A stretch of DNA of 64,000 nt from Squalus acanthias. Lineage: Eukaryota. Both the position numbers and the translations under genes were made by a program. The DNA is taken from positions 172,486,001-172,550,000 of the forward strand of contig CM059425.1 of NCBI GenBank assembly GCA_030390025.1. The letters are read 5' to 3'. The notes beneath the pieces were generated by a model that worked only from the letters and a program-made list of their open reading frames with translations, was not told the origin of the DNA and ran no database searches. Positions 1 through 10,659 of the stretch are shown one piece after another (the first letter of the stretch is position 1; every line of letters starts with the position of its first letter).

Positions 1-205
1 AGAACTTTATAAATCACTGATTAGGCCTTCATTGTTGAAGCAGAGTTCTTAAGTTCTTCTAAAAGGGAGTTAGATAGTTGCTTGAAAAATATGAATATTG
101 AAGAGTATGAGGATTAGACTAGGTAGATCACGTAGAGAAAAAGACCATTGCAGACTTGGGCCAGATGGGCTGTTTCTATGCTGTAATATTCTATAATTCC
201 ATAGA
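1..205 (+). mobile_element. Degraded CR1 LINE 3' end
   Basis: ...ggccagatgggctgtttctatgctgtaatattctata resembles the CR1 tails elsewhere in the window. Confidence 0.6.
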
Positions 206-897
206 TTATATAACTTGCAATGAGAAAATATGTATTCTTAGACCTATGGCTGCTAACCAATTCCCAGATGTATCATTTGATAATGTATGGGACTGATTTC
301 TTTCAGTATTTCCAGAATGGTCATTTTCTTTTCAGACTGGGGATCCATGGTGAATGACTCAAGAAGTCATGTTCTCCTGATTCAATTTGTGAGGACAGGC
401 TAGTTTCTTAGCTAAAATAAATATTGCATTCTGTGGGCCCTGAGCTAATTCATCTTTGTGAGGTATGAAGAAACTGAACTGTGAGATTACAGATTTAATG
501 TGGGGCATCAGTTGTCAATTGTTCCCAAAGCTGTCCGGTAGCAGTCAACTGAAGATGTTATGTCACAAATATTGCACATTATTTTGTTTGCACTTCTGGT
601 ATCCTAAGATACTGAATTGGAAAGGAGTTGGTGAGGTTGGTACTCTTAATTATATTAACTGGAGCAATCAGGACTATTAAAGGTTTAGCATTTAAGGCCA
701 AGTCACATAACAATGGATTGCCATCCTTCTTCCATTTATGGACTGTCACTATATTCTAGTTATTACACTACTCAGCTCTGGAGTATAACCCAGTAGTCAA
801 CAACAACTTTCATTTATACAGCATTTTTAACATAGAAAATGTCTCACCGCTCTTTCCAGATAGGTGTAAAATTGAGGGGCGTGACTAAAAACTTAGT

Positions 898-1074
898 GAG
901 AAGTCGCACAACACCAGGTTATAGTCCAACAGTTTTATTTGAAATCACTTCACCTGACGAAGGAGCAGCAGCTCCGAAAGCTTGTGAGTTCAAATAAAAC
1001 TGTTGGACTATAACCTGGTGTTGTGCGACTTCTCACTTTTGTCCACCCAGTCCAACACCGGCATCTCCGCATCA
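898..1074 (+). mobile_element. Family A hammerhead-bearing short retro-insertion (Penelope-like/retrozyme-like) with 5' inverted arm
   Basis: 12-bp direct repeat TAAAAACTTAGT at 886-897 and 1075-1086. Inverted arms 898-948 and 984-1034. Inserted into an old L2/SINE tail (about 805-1135). Confidence 0.8.
949..987 (+). ncRNA. Minimal type I hammerhead ribozyme motif (family A)
   Basis: TCAC-CTGACGA-A-GGAGC(AGCA)GCTCC-GAA-AGCT-T-GTGA: helix I, CUGANGA, helix II, GAAA, palindromic helix III, UH. Confidence 0.72.
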
Positions 1075-1844
1075 TAAAAACTTAGTCAAAGAGATGGGTT
1101 GTGAGGAGATTTCTTTTTAAAGGAGGGACAGGAGAAGTTTACAGAGTCAGACCCAGGTGGCTGAAGGCTCTGCTACCAGTTCCACAATCCCTCAAAGCTC
1201 CTTCTTTCCCTCAACTACCATTGCTTCCCGGGGCTGCCATGTAGAAGCAGCAAAGGATCCAAGGTCCCCTTGTACTCCTCCCCCTCCAAGTCGGGCCCAG
1301 CACTTACCTGCTGAAGGCTTCAGTCTTAGCCTTGCTGCCACCTTCAGGATGTTTCTGCCCCTTTAAGGTCCCTCACTGCCTCTTCTGCTGCAGCATTTTC
1401 AACCCTTGCACTGGCAAACTCCCTCTCAACAGTGGGAATCCCATGGGATTCGGAAACTAAGTCAAGGTTGGGCGGATCCAGGGAGGCAGGCAGAAGTTCA
1501 ATCCCGTTGAAACTCCACCCACTGACTTCTCTTCTAGTCTACTTGAAATAATTCTGATCCTAGGTTACAATGCACTGAAAATTAAAATGTCCCTGTTGCA
1601 TACTTACACACAAGTAAATATCCTACATGACTCACAGAAAAAACAGAGGATGCAGCACAGGACCCAGAGAGTGCGACTGAGAATCAGTGTGATATTTTAA
1701 AGGGACACTATGTTTCAAAGTGATTTACTATTTTGAAATGAAAGGACTTTCCTAATCGTGTGTGGATGATTAATGAAGGAGGGAAAATTTATGGGGTAGG
1801 TATTCCAAGTCCTTTTCCATCGCCAACAAGTATCTGAAAATTGT

Positions 1845-1866
1845 CCAACACCGGCATCTCCGCATC
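1845..1866 (+). mobile_element. 22-nt 3'-end-only copy of family A
   Basis: CCAACACCGGCATCTCCGCATC is identical to 1052-1073 and is flanked by CTGAAAATTGT at 1834-1844 and 1867-1877. Confidence 0.8.
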
Positions 1867-2079
1867 CTGAAAATTGTAGGCATGCCGCTCGTGATTTTCC
1901 GATACGTGCTGGTAATGGGCAGTGACTTGGAAAATCTACTCATGTTTGTACTCTAATTTTCTCACAACCTATACTACACCTTTGAGCTCAAGTCACTAAT
2001 CTCCAATGAAAAACATCTAGTTGAATAGTTATAGCTAAAGGCAAGTTTTTCCTCAATTGTTAACTACAATCACAACCAA

Positions 2080-2120
2080 AATTTAAAATACAAAACACCA
2101 GCTACAGGATTAAATTTATT
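2080..2120 (-). terminator. Candidate polyadenylation signal with GU/U-rich downstream element
   Basis: AATAAA (2115-2120, minus) followed about 15-35 nt later by TGGTGTTTTGTATTTT. Confidence 0.45.
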
Positions 2121-3940
2121 TTAAAGCGTTATTTAGCCTATGCATGAATTCTCGTTTTCCAATTCTTCTCAGTATATAAATACTGTAGTAATTTTTCTAC
2201 ATTTGGACACTTTCAATACAGGGATGAATTAAATCAAGAGATATGGTGAAATTGGTTCAGAAACAAACCAGAAAACATGGTGCTTTTCTTATGCAACTAT
2301 ATTGGCCTTTGTGCATCTCTTGGTATGCTTAAATTAAAAAAAATTAAACACAATTGGTTCACAAATGTACTTTAAGGAAGGAAACATGCCGTCCTTACCC
2401 GGTCTGGCATATATGTGCCTCTAGTCCTACACCAATGTGGTTAACTCTTAACTGCCCTCTTAAGTGACCTAGCAAGCCGCTCAAGTTCAAGGCAACTAGG
2501 AATGGGCAATAAGTGACGCCCACATCCTGAGAATGAATGAAATAAATTCAACCGTAGATTCTTTTTCCATAAACACTAAACTGAGAGTAATCAAAGACAT
2601 TGTCATTTCAATAAAATACATAATTGTTAGACTTGCTCCCTTCTGACATTTTGTAAAGGAAAGACACTAGCTGCCCAACACAAACTGCACAATTTCCACT
2701 ACTGTACAAATCCTCTTCTTGGCACTTCTGACAACCTGTATAATTAGATGTAAATAACACAGTATAATTAGATCAAAATAAAGTAGGTATTTAAAAGTCA
2801 CTAATTTCAATCCCATTGCCTCCATTTCAGGTTTTTGTGAATAATACATTATTTTAAAAAATTGAAAATGTCAACTTATGCCTTTAAAAAGCCAGTCATC
2901 AATATTTTCTAAAGAAACATTCCCACGCAATATTTCTGCTTTTGGGAAATTAGATTATAGCAATAAGTCACTGCAGTTTTCTCCGAAGATGCACAGTTTA
3001 AACAAAAGTTTATGAACCAAGCTTTTTATTTCTGACTTACCAAGTAAGCAGATGCCCTGTATGCAATTCTGATCAGTAACTTCACTATAATTCAACACTA
3101 CCACATTCAGTGATATGTGTCATATGAGATCATGTGGCAGTGGTCTCACATACAGAACGTGGAAGAGCATTCAAAGGATTCTTAATTTTTAAAAAAGTCA
3201 TCAAATATTAGTGCTGTATAACTACCCAATACAAAATCTTTTAAAAAATGTTCCAGTTTAAATGTTTTGAGAATATTTCTCTCCTCAGGGTTTTGAGTTC
3301 AGAATAAAATTTTATTTCATTTAAACAGTATGACAGAGCTTGCAATTTTAATAATGCGGTTTATTGGAGGTGAAACAAATCTCAATACTGTTGTGATATC
3401 AGATGATGTCTTCGTTTCTGGTCACTGTGCTGGTCACATTGAAAGAAACTAAACTTTTTTATCCCATGGAATTAAGACAACTTCCTCACGCTCCATCACC
3501 CTATGTAAAGGCAGTGTATTACTGCATTAGACAAAACAAAAACCCTTAGAATTAACTTCTAAAATAAAACTTCATACATTTGTGCCCTAAGCTCTCTTGT
3601 GCAAATACTGATATCAGCATCAAAATACATGATAATTTTCTTTTAACCAAAATGCATATTTAGAATTTCATTTAAAGAGAAATAAATCAAACACATCACA
3701 AATCCCCCCAAATATTAACAGCAACAAAAAGTCTAATTTTCTGTCACAAAAATACAACCATTAATGAAGTTTTTACATATAATTATAATGCAGAATTAAA
3801 CACCTCACCAGTAGTAAGACAGTTTTGTTAGCCTTTAACAAAATAAGCCTACAAGCAAAATCACAAACATATTTTTCATACTTTCTGCTCCTATTTAAAT
3901 AGTGCAGTTCCCTTTCACATTCATTGGGCAAATTTTGGCT
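2095..3940 (-). other. Probable 3' UTR of the PJA2-like gene (end uncertain)
   Basis: AT-rich and TE-poor sequence downstream of the stop. Minus-strand AATAAA at 3360-3365, 3311-3316, 3025-3030 and 2115-2120. Confidence 0.55.
2370..2546 (+). mobile_element. SINE 3' fragment
   Basis: Similar to 55420-55585. Its tail (ggcaactaggaatgggcaataa...cccacatcc) resembles the LINE 3' end at 9100-9410. Confidence 0.6.
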
Positions 3941-4069
3941 TCATCGGATTGCTGGACCATCACGAGTAGAAGGAGGGGTCCCTGGTTCTGATAAAAACGC
4001 AGTAGTAGCAGCAGCAGCTTCTGGAAGTGTCGACGCAAGAATGTGACGACATACAGGACATGTCCCAGA
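3941..4069 (-). CDS. PJA2: Praja E3 ligase terminal coding exon
   Basis: Acceptor ttctttttcAG, SGTCPVCRHILASTLPEAAAATTAFLSEPGTPPSTRDGPAIR, TGA at 3941-3943. 129 nt; completes the RING-H2. Confidence 0.95.
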   Translation of the reverse strand, partial: SGTCPVCRHILASTLPEAAAATTAFLSEPGTPPSTRDGPAIR

Positions 4070-5147
4070 CTGAAAAAGAACAAGTAATCAGTCAGCAAAG
4101 CCAATTCCCTCTTCTACTCTTTTCACACAGTTTCTAGTCAGGACTGTTGATTGAAGAACATTTATGTCAGCACTGAATAAGAAAAAGACAAGCCCATAGA
4201 ATTTGAACTTCTGTAATTCCTACAGTAGTGGCGCTCTGAAGTTATTAGAAATTCTTGTAGTGGCTTGTAGTAATATGTAAATACTGTAAATTGAAATAAT
4301 CTGCACAGATATTCAACAGACGATCTTATGAATGCACACTTTCAATGGAGAACCTGGTTACTGGACATGTGTCTGTTGGCAAGCAGGTTTCCCCATTGGT
4401 AATTGGCATTTGTACAATCAGCCCTCAAATTTTTGAAAGTGGATGGCTATTTCCTTAACATGAATATTTAAAGAAGTACCAATGAAATTCCAATGTGCTT
4501 TGCTTAGAAGTGCTGGGATGCACATAATTGTGGGGAGATGTAGATGAAAGGCCAGGAGCTTCTCAAAAGACAGGTAAAAAGATTTGAAGACCAGTTATTC
4601 CAGACTACTCAAGTACCACTTAATTGCCAACTATAAACAAACATTGTTGGCAGTATCCAGCCTGACTTCTCTGCCAAGAATGAAAATATTAAATTATTAA
4701 CTGCAGTCCCTTTAATTTTTTTAAAAAGGTTAAACTTTCATATACAAATATGAATTGCTGTCATCATACATGGGAAGAAGGCGCATACCTAGGGAGATTG
4801 CCCCTCAAGAAATTTTTAGTGTCATTACTACCTTGGTCTGGTAATGTCCCCCCTATTCTGTTGCATACAAGTCCCAACTCCAACTCTGCAGCATTTAAGA
4901 CCTCAAGCGTAACAGTAAGTATTTTCATACCCACAGCAGAATCAAGTTCTTTCAATACACAGTAAAACGTAGCAATACAATCATTGAGTGTATTTTCTAT
5001 GAAAATGGCCAGTTAAATCAGGGTCTTAGGCTCTGTTCATTGAAATAATAGTTGGTAAGTGTGTTGGTAATAGTTAGTAAGCGGTTACATTTCAGGATTT
5101 TCTGACCATTTTTCCACAATAAGGATTTGGAGAGAGTTACCATTAAT

Positions 5148-5343
5148 ATAAAAACAGGAAATGCTGGAAACACTCAGCAGGTCAGGCAGTAAGCATCTGT
5201 TTCAGATTTCCAGCATCCGTAGTATTTTGCTTTTGTTTTAGTCTTGAATTCACTGCCCTCCACAGATGCTGCCTGACTTGCTGAGTATTTCCAGCATATC
5301 CTGTTTTTATTTCAGATTTCCAGCATCCATAGTATTTTGCTTT
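5148..5343. mobile_element. Family B element, rearranged (inverted plus tandem segments), ribozyme core absent
   Basis: AGAGTTAC(C/T)ATTAAT at 5133-5147 and 5344-5358. Homologous to 6388-6470 in both orientations; ttcagatttccagcatcc-tagtattttgcttt occurs twice. Confidence 0.75.
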
Positions 5344-5579
5344 AGAGTTACTATTAATGTTGGGTTTTTAAAGCAAGGCGTATTCACACAAGTTAAGAAA
5401 AAAGGGCATCTAGGTGAAAGATTGTTAATATGCTCATGAAGCTGTTTTCCCCAAAGACTGTAAACAATAAGCAATTTATTAGCTTATCTCTATAATCAAT
5501 AAGCGTCTCACACTCATGGTGTTGGGAAGTCTCTTATCCTGACCATTTGACAGGGGTCTGGCAGGACTTCCCTTCCAGT

Positions 5580-5778
5580 AGTCGCACAACACCAGGTTAT
5601 AGTCCAACATTTTTATTTGAAATCACAAGCTTTCGGAGCGCTGCTCCTTCGTCAGGTGAAGGAAGGAGCAGCGCTCCGAAAGCTTGTGATTTCAAATAAA
5701 ACTGTTGGACTATAACCTGGTGTTGGCGACTTCTCACATTTGTCCACCCCAGTCCAACAGTAATAATACTTCACATCA
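5580..5778 (+). mobile_element. Family A element with about 70-bp inverted arms
   Basis: TTCCAGTAGTC at 5573-5583 and 5779-5789. Arms 5580-5650 and 5662-5731. Near-identical to 898-1074. Confidence 0.8.
5623..5660 (-). ncRNA. Minimal type I hammerhead ribozyme motif (family A)
   Basis: Minus strand reads TTCAC-CTGACGA-A-GGAGC(AGC)GCTCC-GAA-AGCT-T-GTGA. Confidence 0.72.
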
Positions 5779-6379
5779 TTCCAGTAGTCAATAGAGGGAG
5801 ATTTTTTTTTTTAAAAAGAGTAACACACAGGTACAGTCAGTTAGGTCCAGCAAAGACAGAAAAAGCTATGAAGGCAGTCAGTTTTTTTTAAAAACAGTAA
5901 ACTGTGGGAGGCAGCAAGGCCCAGCAAAGGTTGTGAGACGTTTAGAACACAGAAGACTAGTTAGAAATTATTTTAAGTCAAGCCAGATGACTCATTGATA
6001 TGGGGAAGCATACCGTATTCATTTTATTGTATTATTATGCGAAAATAAGTTGTACTGATTGAACAAAGTGAATCGGATCACAGCTGTTAATCAGAGTTCA
6101 CTCGCTGTGAAATAAAGCAGCCTAACATTGAGTATCTGGTCTCATCCCATCATGCGTTTGCTCGGTCAGCTTTTGGAGAATTTGAAGAAGCACATGTGTG
6201 AACAACATGAATATTCATTGCACATCACAAGGGATATTATTGTTATATCAGTTACAGATTGGAAAGTATGGGTACACCCCTTAAGGTAAGACGCTCAGAC
6301 TGCTTACGGGAGTGACTAGAACTGCTGTACCTGTGAGGATATTTAAAGCAAACACCTAAACTTATAACAGTAGCAACTA

Positions 6380-6513
6380 CGACGATAGCAAAATACTGCG
6401 GATGCTGGAAATCTGAAATAACAACAGAAAACGCTGGAAAAACTCAGCAGGCCAGGCAGCATCCGTGGAGAGAGAAAGAGAGTTAACGTTTCAGGTCGAT
6501 GACCTTTCGTCAG
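6380..6513 (-). mobile_element. Family B hammerhead-bearing short retro-insertion
   Basis: 14-bp direct repeat AACAGTAGCAACTA at 6366-6379 and 6514-6527. Homologous to 52249-52344. Confidence 0.8.
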
Positions 6514-6516
6514 AAC
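6481..6516 (-). ncRNA. Minimal type I hammerhead ribozyme motif (family B)
   Basis: Minus strand reads GTT-CTGACGA-A-AGGTC(ATC)GACCT-GAA-ACGT-T-AAC. Confidence 0.7.
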
Positions 6517-6676
6517 AGTAGCAACTAGTTGGTTATAGTTTAGAGTTAATGCTCATTCACTGACTTACCTTTATTAAACTGACGTTATGTAGCAAGGTTA
6601 ATGTACTAATAATTATTAAATTTACTGGTGGTTTTAGGGGCATATAGTAAGTGATGCCTTTTGACTTTCCCCGTAA

Positions 6677-8312
6677 GATTTTTATGGTCTTTGGATCCCA
6701 CTACAAACTCCGTTCCCTAGCCAATGACTCCATCCCTCTCCCTGGCAACTGTCCGAGACTGAACCAGACTGTTTGCAACCTTGGTGTTGTATTTGAGCCC
6801 GAAATAAACTTCCGACCACATATCCGCGCCATCACTAAGATCGCCTACTTCCACCTCTGTAACATTGTCTGACTCCGCCCTGCCTCAGCCCATCTGCTGC
6901 TGAAACCCTCATCCATGCCTTTGTTACCTCTAGACTTGACTATTCCAACACACTCCTGGCCAGCCTCCCACCCTCCAGAAACTTGAGCACATCCAAAACT
7001 CTGCGGCCCGTATCCTAACTCGCACCAAGTCCCGTTCACCCATCGCCCCTGTGCTCGCTGAACTACACTGGCTCCCAGTTCAGCAACGTCTTGATTTTAA
7101 AACTCTCATCCTTGTTTTCAAATCCCTCCATGACCTCGCCCCTCCCTATCTCTGTAACCTCCTCCAGCCCCACAACCCTCCCTATCTCTGTCACCTCCTC
7201 CAGCCCCACAACCCTCCCTATCTCTGTAACCTCCTCCAGCCCCACAACCCTCCCTATCTCTGTAACCTCCTCCAGCCCCACAACCCTCCCTATCTCTGTA
7301 ACCTCCTCCAGCCCCACAACCCTCCCAATCTCTGTAACCTCCTCCAGCCCTACAACCCTCCCTATCTCTGTAACCTCCTCCAGCCCCACAACCCTCCCAA
7401 TCTCTGTAACCTCCTCCAGCCCCACAACCCTCCCAATCTCTGTAACCTCCTCCAGCCCCACAACCCTCCCTATCTCTGTAACCTCCTCCAGCCCCACAAC
7501 CCTCCCTATCTCTGTAATCTCCTCCAGCCCCACAACCCTCCCAATCTCTGTAATCTCCTCCAGCCCCACAACCCTCCCTATCTCTGTAACCTCCTCCAGC
7601 CCCACAACCCTCCCTATCTCTGTAACCTCCTCCAGCCCTACAACCCTCCCTATCTCTGTAATCTCCTCCAGCCCCACAACCCTCCCAATCTCTGTAACCT
7701 CCTCCAGCCCCACAACCCTCCCTATCTCTGTAACCTCCTCCAGCCCTACAACCCTCCCTATCTCTGTAACCTCCTCCAGCCCTACAACCCTCCCTATCTC
7801 TGTAACCTCCTCCAGCCCCACAACCCTCCCTATCTCTGTAACTTCCTCCAGCCCCACAACCCTCCCAATCTCTGTAACCTCCTCCAGCCCTACAACCCTC
7901 CCTATCTCTGTAACCTCCTCCAGCCCTACAACCCTCCCTATCTCTGTAACCTCCTCCAGCCCCACAACCCTCCCTATCTCTGTAACCTCCTCCAGCCCCA
8001 CAACCCTCCGAGATCTCTGCGCTGCTCCAATTCTGGCCTCTTGCGCATCCCCAATTTTAATTACTCCACCATTGGCAGCCATGCCTTCAGCCGCCAAGGC
8101 CCTAAGCTCAGGAATTCCTCCCTAAACCTCTCCGCCTCTCTCTCCTCCTTTAAGACGCTCCTTAAAACCTACCTCTTTGACCAAGCTTTTGGTCATCTGC
8201 CCCAATATCTATTTTTGTGACTGGGTGTCAAATTTTGTTTGATAATGCTCCTGTGAAGCGCCTTGGGACATTTTACTATGTTAAAGGCAATATATAAATG
8301 CAAGTTGTTGTT
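6677..8312 (+). mobile_element. L2 LINE 3' fragment containing a minisatellite expansion
   Basis: ORF2 C-terminal motifs NLGVVFEPE, SRLDYSN, LAELHWLPVQQRLDFK, SSFKTLLKTYLF. Tail ...tatataaatgcaagttgttg. Confidence 0.9.
7141..8004. repeat. 36-bp minisatellite, 24 copies
   Basis: Unit CCTCCCTATCTCTGTAACCTCCTCCAGCCCCACAAC with few variant positions. Confidence 0.97.
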
Positions 8313-8492
8313 TTATATTTTAAACATTAGGTTTACAGATTACAAAGATATGAAAGAAAATAGTAACTTAACCTTTTTTTTGAAATGTTGGCCAGAGACA
8401 ATCACATTGCTTAAAATTCCTGAACATTAGTATTTTGCTTGCAGGAAAGTTTTTTGAACAAATGGAGGTGAGTTTAGATCAGAAGTACATAC

Positions 8493-8608
8493 CTTCTGTA
8501 ACCAGAGGGTCACACATGGTCTATGAAATAGATGGTGACATGGTAACTCTGTCACCAACTCTTCTTTCACATATTCACTGCAACAGATGGCACAGGATTG
8601 CTCCAGGC
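8493..8608 (-). CDS. PJA2: Praja E3 ligase RING-H2 exon
   Basis: Acceptor tcctccAG, (G)LEQSCAICCSEYVKEELVTELPCHHLFHRPCVTLWLQK, donor GTATGT. 116 nt. With the next exon gives C-x2-C-x14-C-x-H-x2-H-x2-C-x10-C-x2-C. Confidence 0.96.
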
Positions 8609-9099
8609 CTGGAGGATCAATAGTAGAATGCCCATACATTACAACACAGATCCAAAACAAGATTGTACGATTTTGATTATAAATTTAAAAAATCAACTTT
8701 TTTTAAAGTGACTAACAGGTAACGACATTGCATTTAGAAGGTCTTAATACATTAATATTCTATTATTTCTTTCAAACTATAGCAATAATATTGCTTAGTC
8801 TCTACAAATTAGCTCGGTTTTAGTTTTTCTTTCAGGATATTGGACACTACGCAGCCGGTTAGCAAGATGCACGTTAAAATCCTTTTCTCCCATTCAAATA
8901 TAGGAGGCTTCTCTTATGCACGGAACTGCACCCAGTTTGAGAAAAGGGGAAAATGGTACAAGTAGGTCACACATTTGAGCAATAACCAGTCTGTTTAGAA
9001 ATTAAGCATTCAGTTAGAATGACACTGGATTAGCAATTTTTCTCATTACAGAATAACAAAATGTTTTATCTCCAAACACCTTATGTTAAATTTATTCAA

Positions 9100-9410
9100 T
9101 GTTACTTTGACAGCACCTCCATCCTCTGCAACCTCTACCACCAAGAAGAACAAAAGCAGCAATGTTGTGGGATCACCATTACCTCCAAGTCAGACCAACC
9201 TGACTTGGCTATATATTACCATTTCCTCATCGATGCTGGATCAGAATTCCGAAATTCCCCACCCTACACAATCGTGGGAGCACCATCACCAGATGGATTA
9301 CAGCGGTTTAAGGCGGCCCACCACCACCTTCTTGGGACAACTAGGGATAGCAGTTAAAGGTGGCCTTGCCAGTGTTACCCACAATACAAGAACAATTAAA
9401 AAAAAAAAAT
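9100..9410 (+). mobile_element. LINE 3' end with A-rich tail
   Basis: cagcggtttaaggcggcccaccaccaccttctt...ggccttgccag...aaaaaaaaaaa; family not assigned. Confidence 0.6.
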
Positions 9411-9917
9411 CAACATTGGGTAGTCTCCCTTATTTTTTGAGTACAGTTCAATGTTGAGAATAAGAGGGTGTGAACAGGTGGAGTCGCTAAGGCAGTAGCT
9501 AAGATTTTGTCATTAGACAGGGATCATATTATTTACGTGGCCCTCTTATATTGTACATATAAGACATATTCTAGAGGACAACTACAACGCCGCCATTGCA
9601 AAGGATCAGCTAATTCAGCCCACAAAAGGGATTAAATCTCTTTTTTTGCTCAATTTATTTTCTGAAGTAAGGCAAGGCAGACATTTGCAGTATCAAATTA
9701 CAATCTAAATGATCAACTGGAGTTCCACTGCACCTCTGGTGATGGAGCAAGACCAGCTGCGAGGAAATTCCCGTTGTATGACTTTATTGGTTCTTTCAAG
9801 ATGGTACCAGGGCCTACTCAATGCATTTAAGAGACCAAAATTAAACCCTAAATTTGAGAAACACCAATCCAATAATACAATACCAGCAATATCTGCATTG
9901 ACAGTTATATGACTTAC

Positions 9918-10032
9918 CATTGTGCTCCTCAGTGATTGCAACTTGTGGTAAGCATTCAATTGTTTCCTTGGGAGCTGGAGGTGGAGCTTGCTCCCCATCT
10001 ATGGCCAGAGACTCGAGATGTGCCAAAGCAGC
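9918..10032 (-). CDS. PJA2: Praja E3 ligase coding exon
   Basis: Acceptor attgaaAG, AALAHLESLAIDGEQAPPPAPKETIECLPQVAITEEHN plus one G, donor GTAAGT. 115 nt; phases match both neighbouring exons. Confidence 0.95.
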
Positions 10033-10099
10033 CTTTCAATAAAAACACATTTAAAACTGAAGCATTCAGGAAATTAAAACATTTTAGTTAGCATATATT

Positions 10100-10102
<3 letters not shown>

Positions 10103-10150
<48 letters not shown>
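10103..10150. repeat. (CA)n microsatellite
   Basis: About 24 CA units. Confidence 0.97.
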
Positions 10151-10154
<4 letters not shown>

Positions 10155-10659
10155 GTGTGTGCGCTTATAGACAATAAAAGCACTGAAGTTGTAAATGGAA
10201 CCCAATTTGTACAAAATGACAGCATAAGCACCATTGAATCAGGTACAAAGGAACTGCAACTGCACTGTTTGGGCATTGTACCTAAAAGGTTGAACCACCA
10301 CATTTAGGTGGGCTTAATATTTGTATCAATATGCTGCATTACTGAATCAAAGGATGCAAATTTACGATTACAATTACAGCAAATTCCTCATCTCAGTGGC
10401 GCCATCAGACAGCGCACCAGCAAGCAGAGGCTAAATATTTCACATAGTAGGGTACGGCAGAAGAAACTTACACGAGTAACATTTATTAATCCCTTCCCAT
10501 ATTCCCTTAACTTCAAGTTTCACACAAATCTCTTTTGCTCTGTGGATAATTCTATTTTGGGCACAAAAACTGAGCAAGGAGAGCTGTAAGACAGAAGCAG
10601 AGGTCTGTAAATCAGTTGTTGAAGCCTCCAGAGCAATTAAGAGCACCTGTTAAGATGCA

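Noticed and set aside
7141..8004. CRISPR-like 36-bp repeat array
   Set aside because: Units are head-to-tail with no unique spacers, there are no cas genes, and the context is vertebrate.
7051..8220. 344-389 aa repeat ORFs, including a mucin-like frame
   Set aside because: Product of a 36-bp minisatellite within an L2 fragment in an intron.
8427..8660. Stand-alone 77-aa RING ORF
   Set aside because: Only 8493-8608 is exonic; the flanks are intronic read-through.
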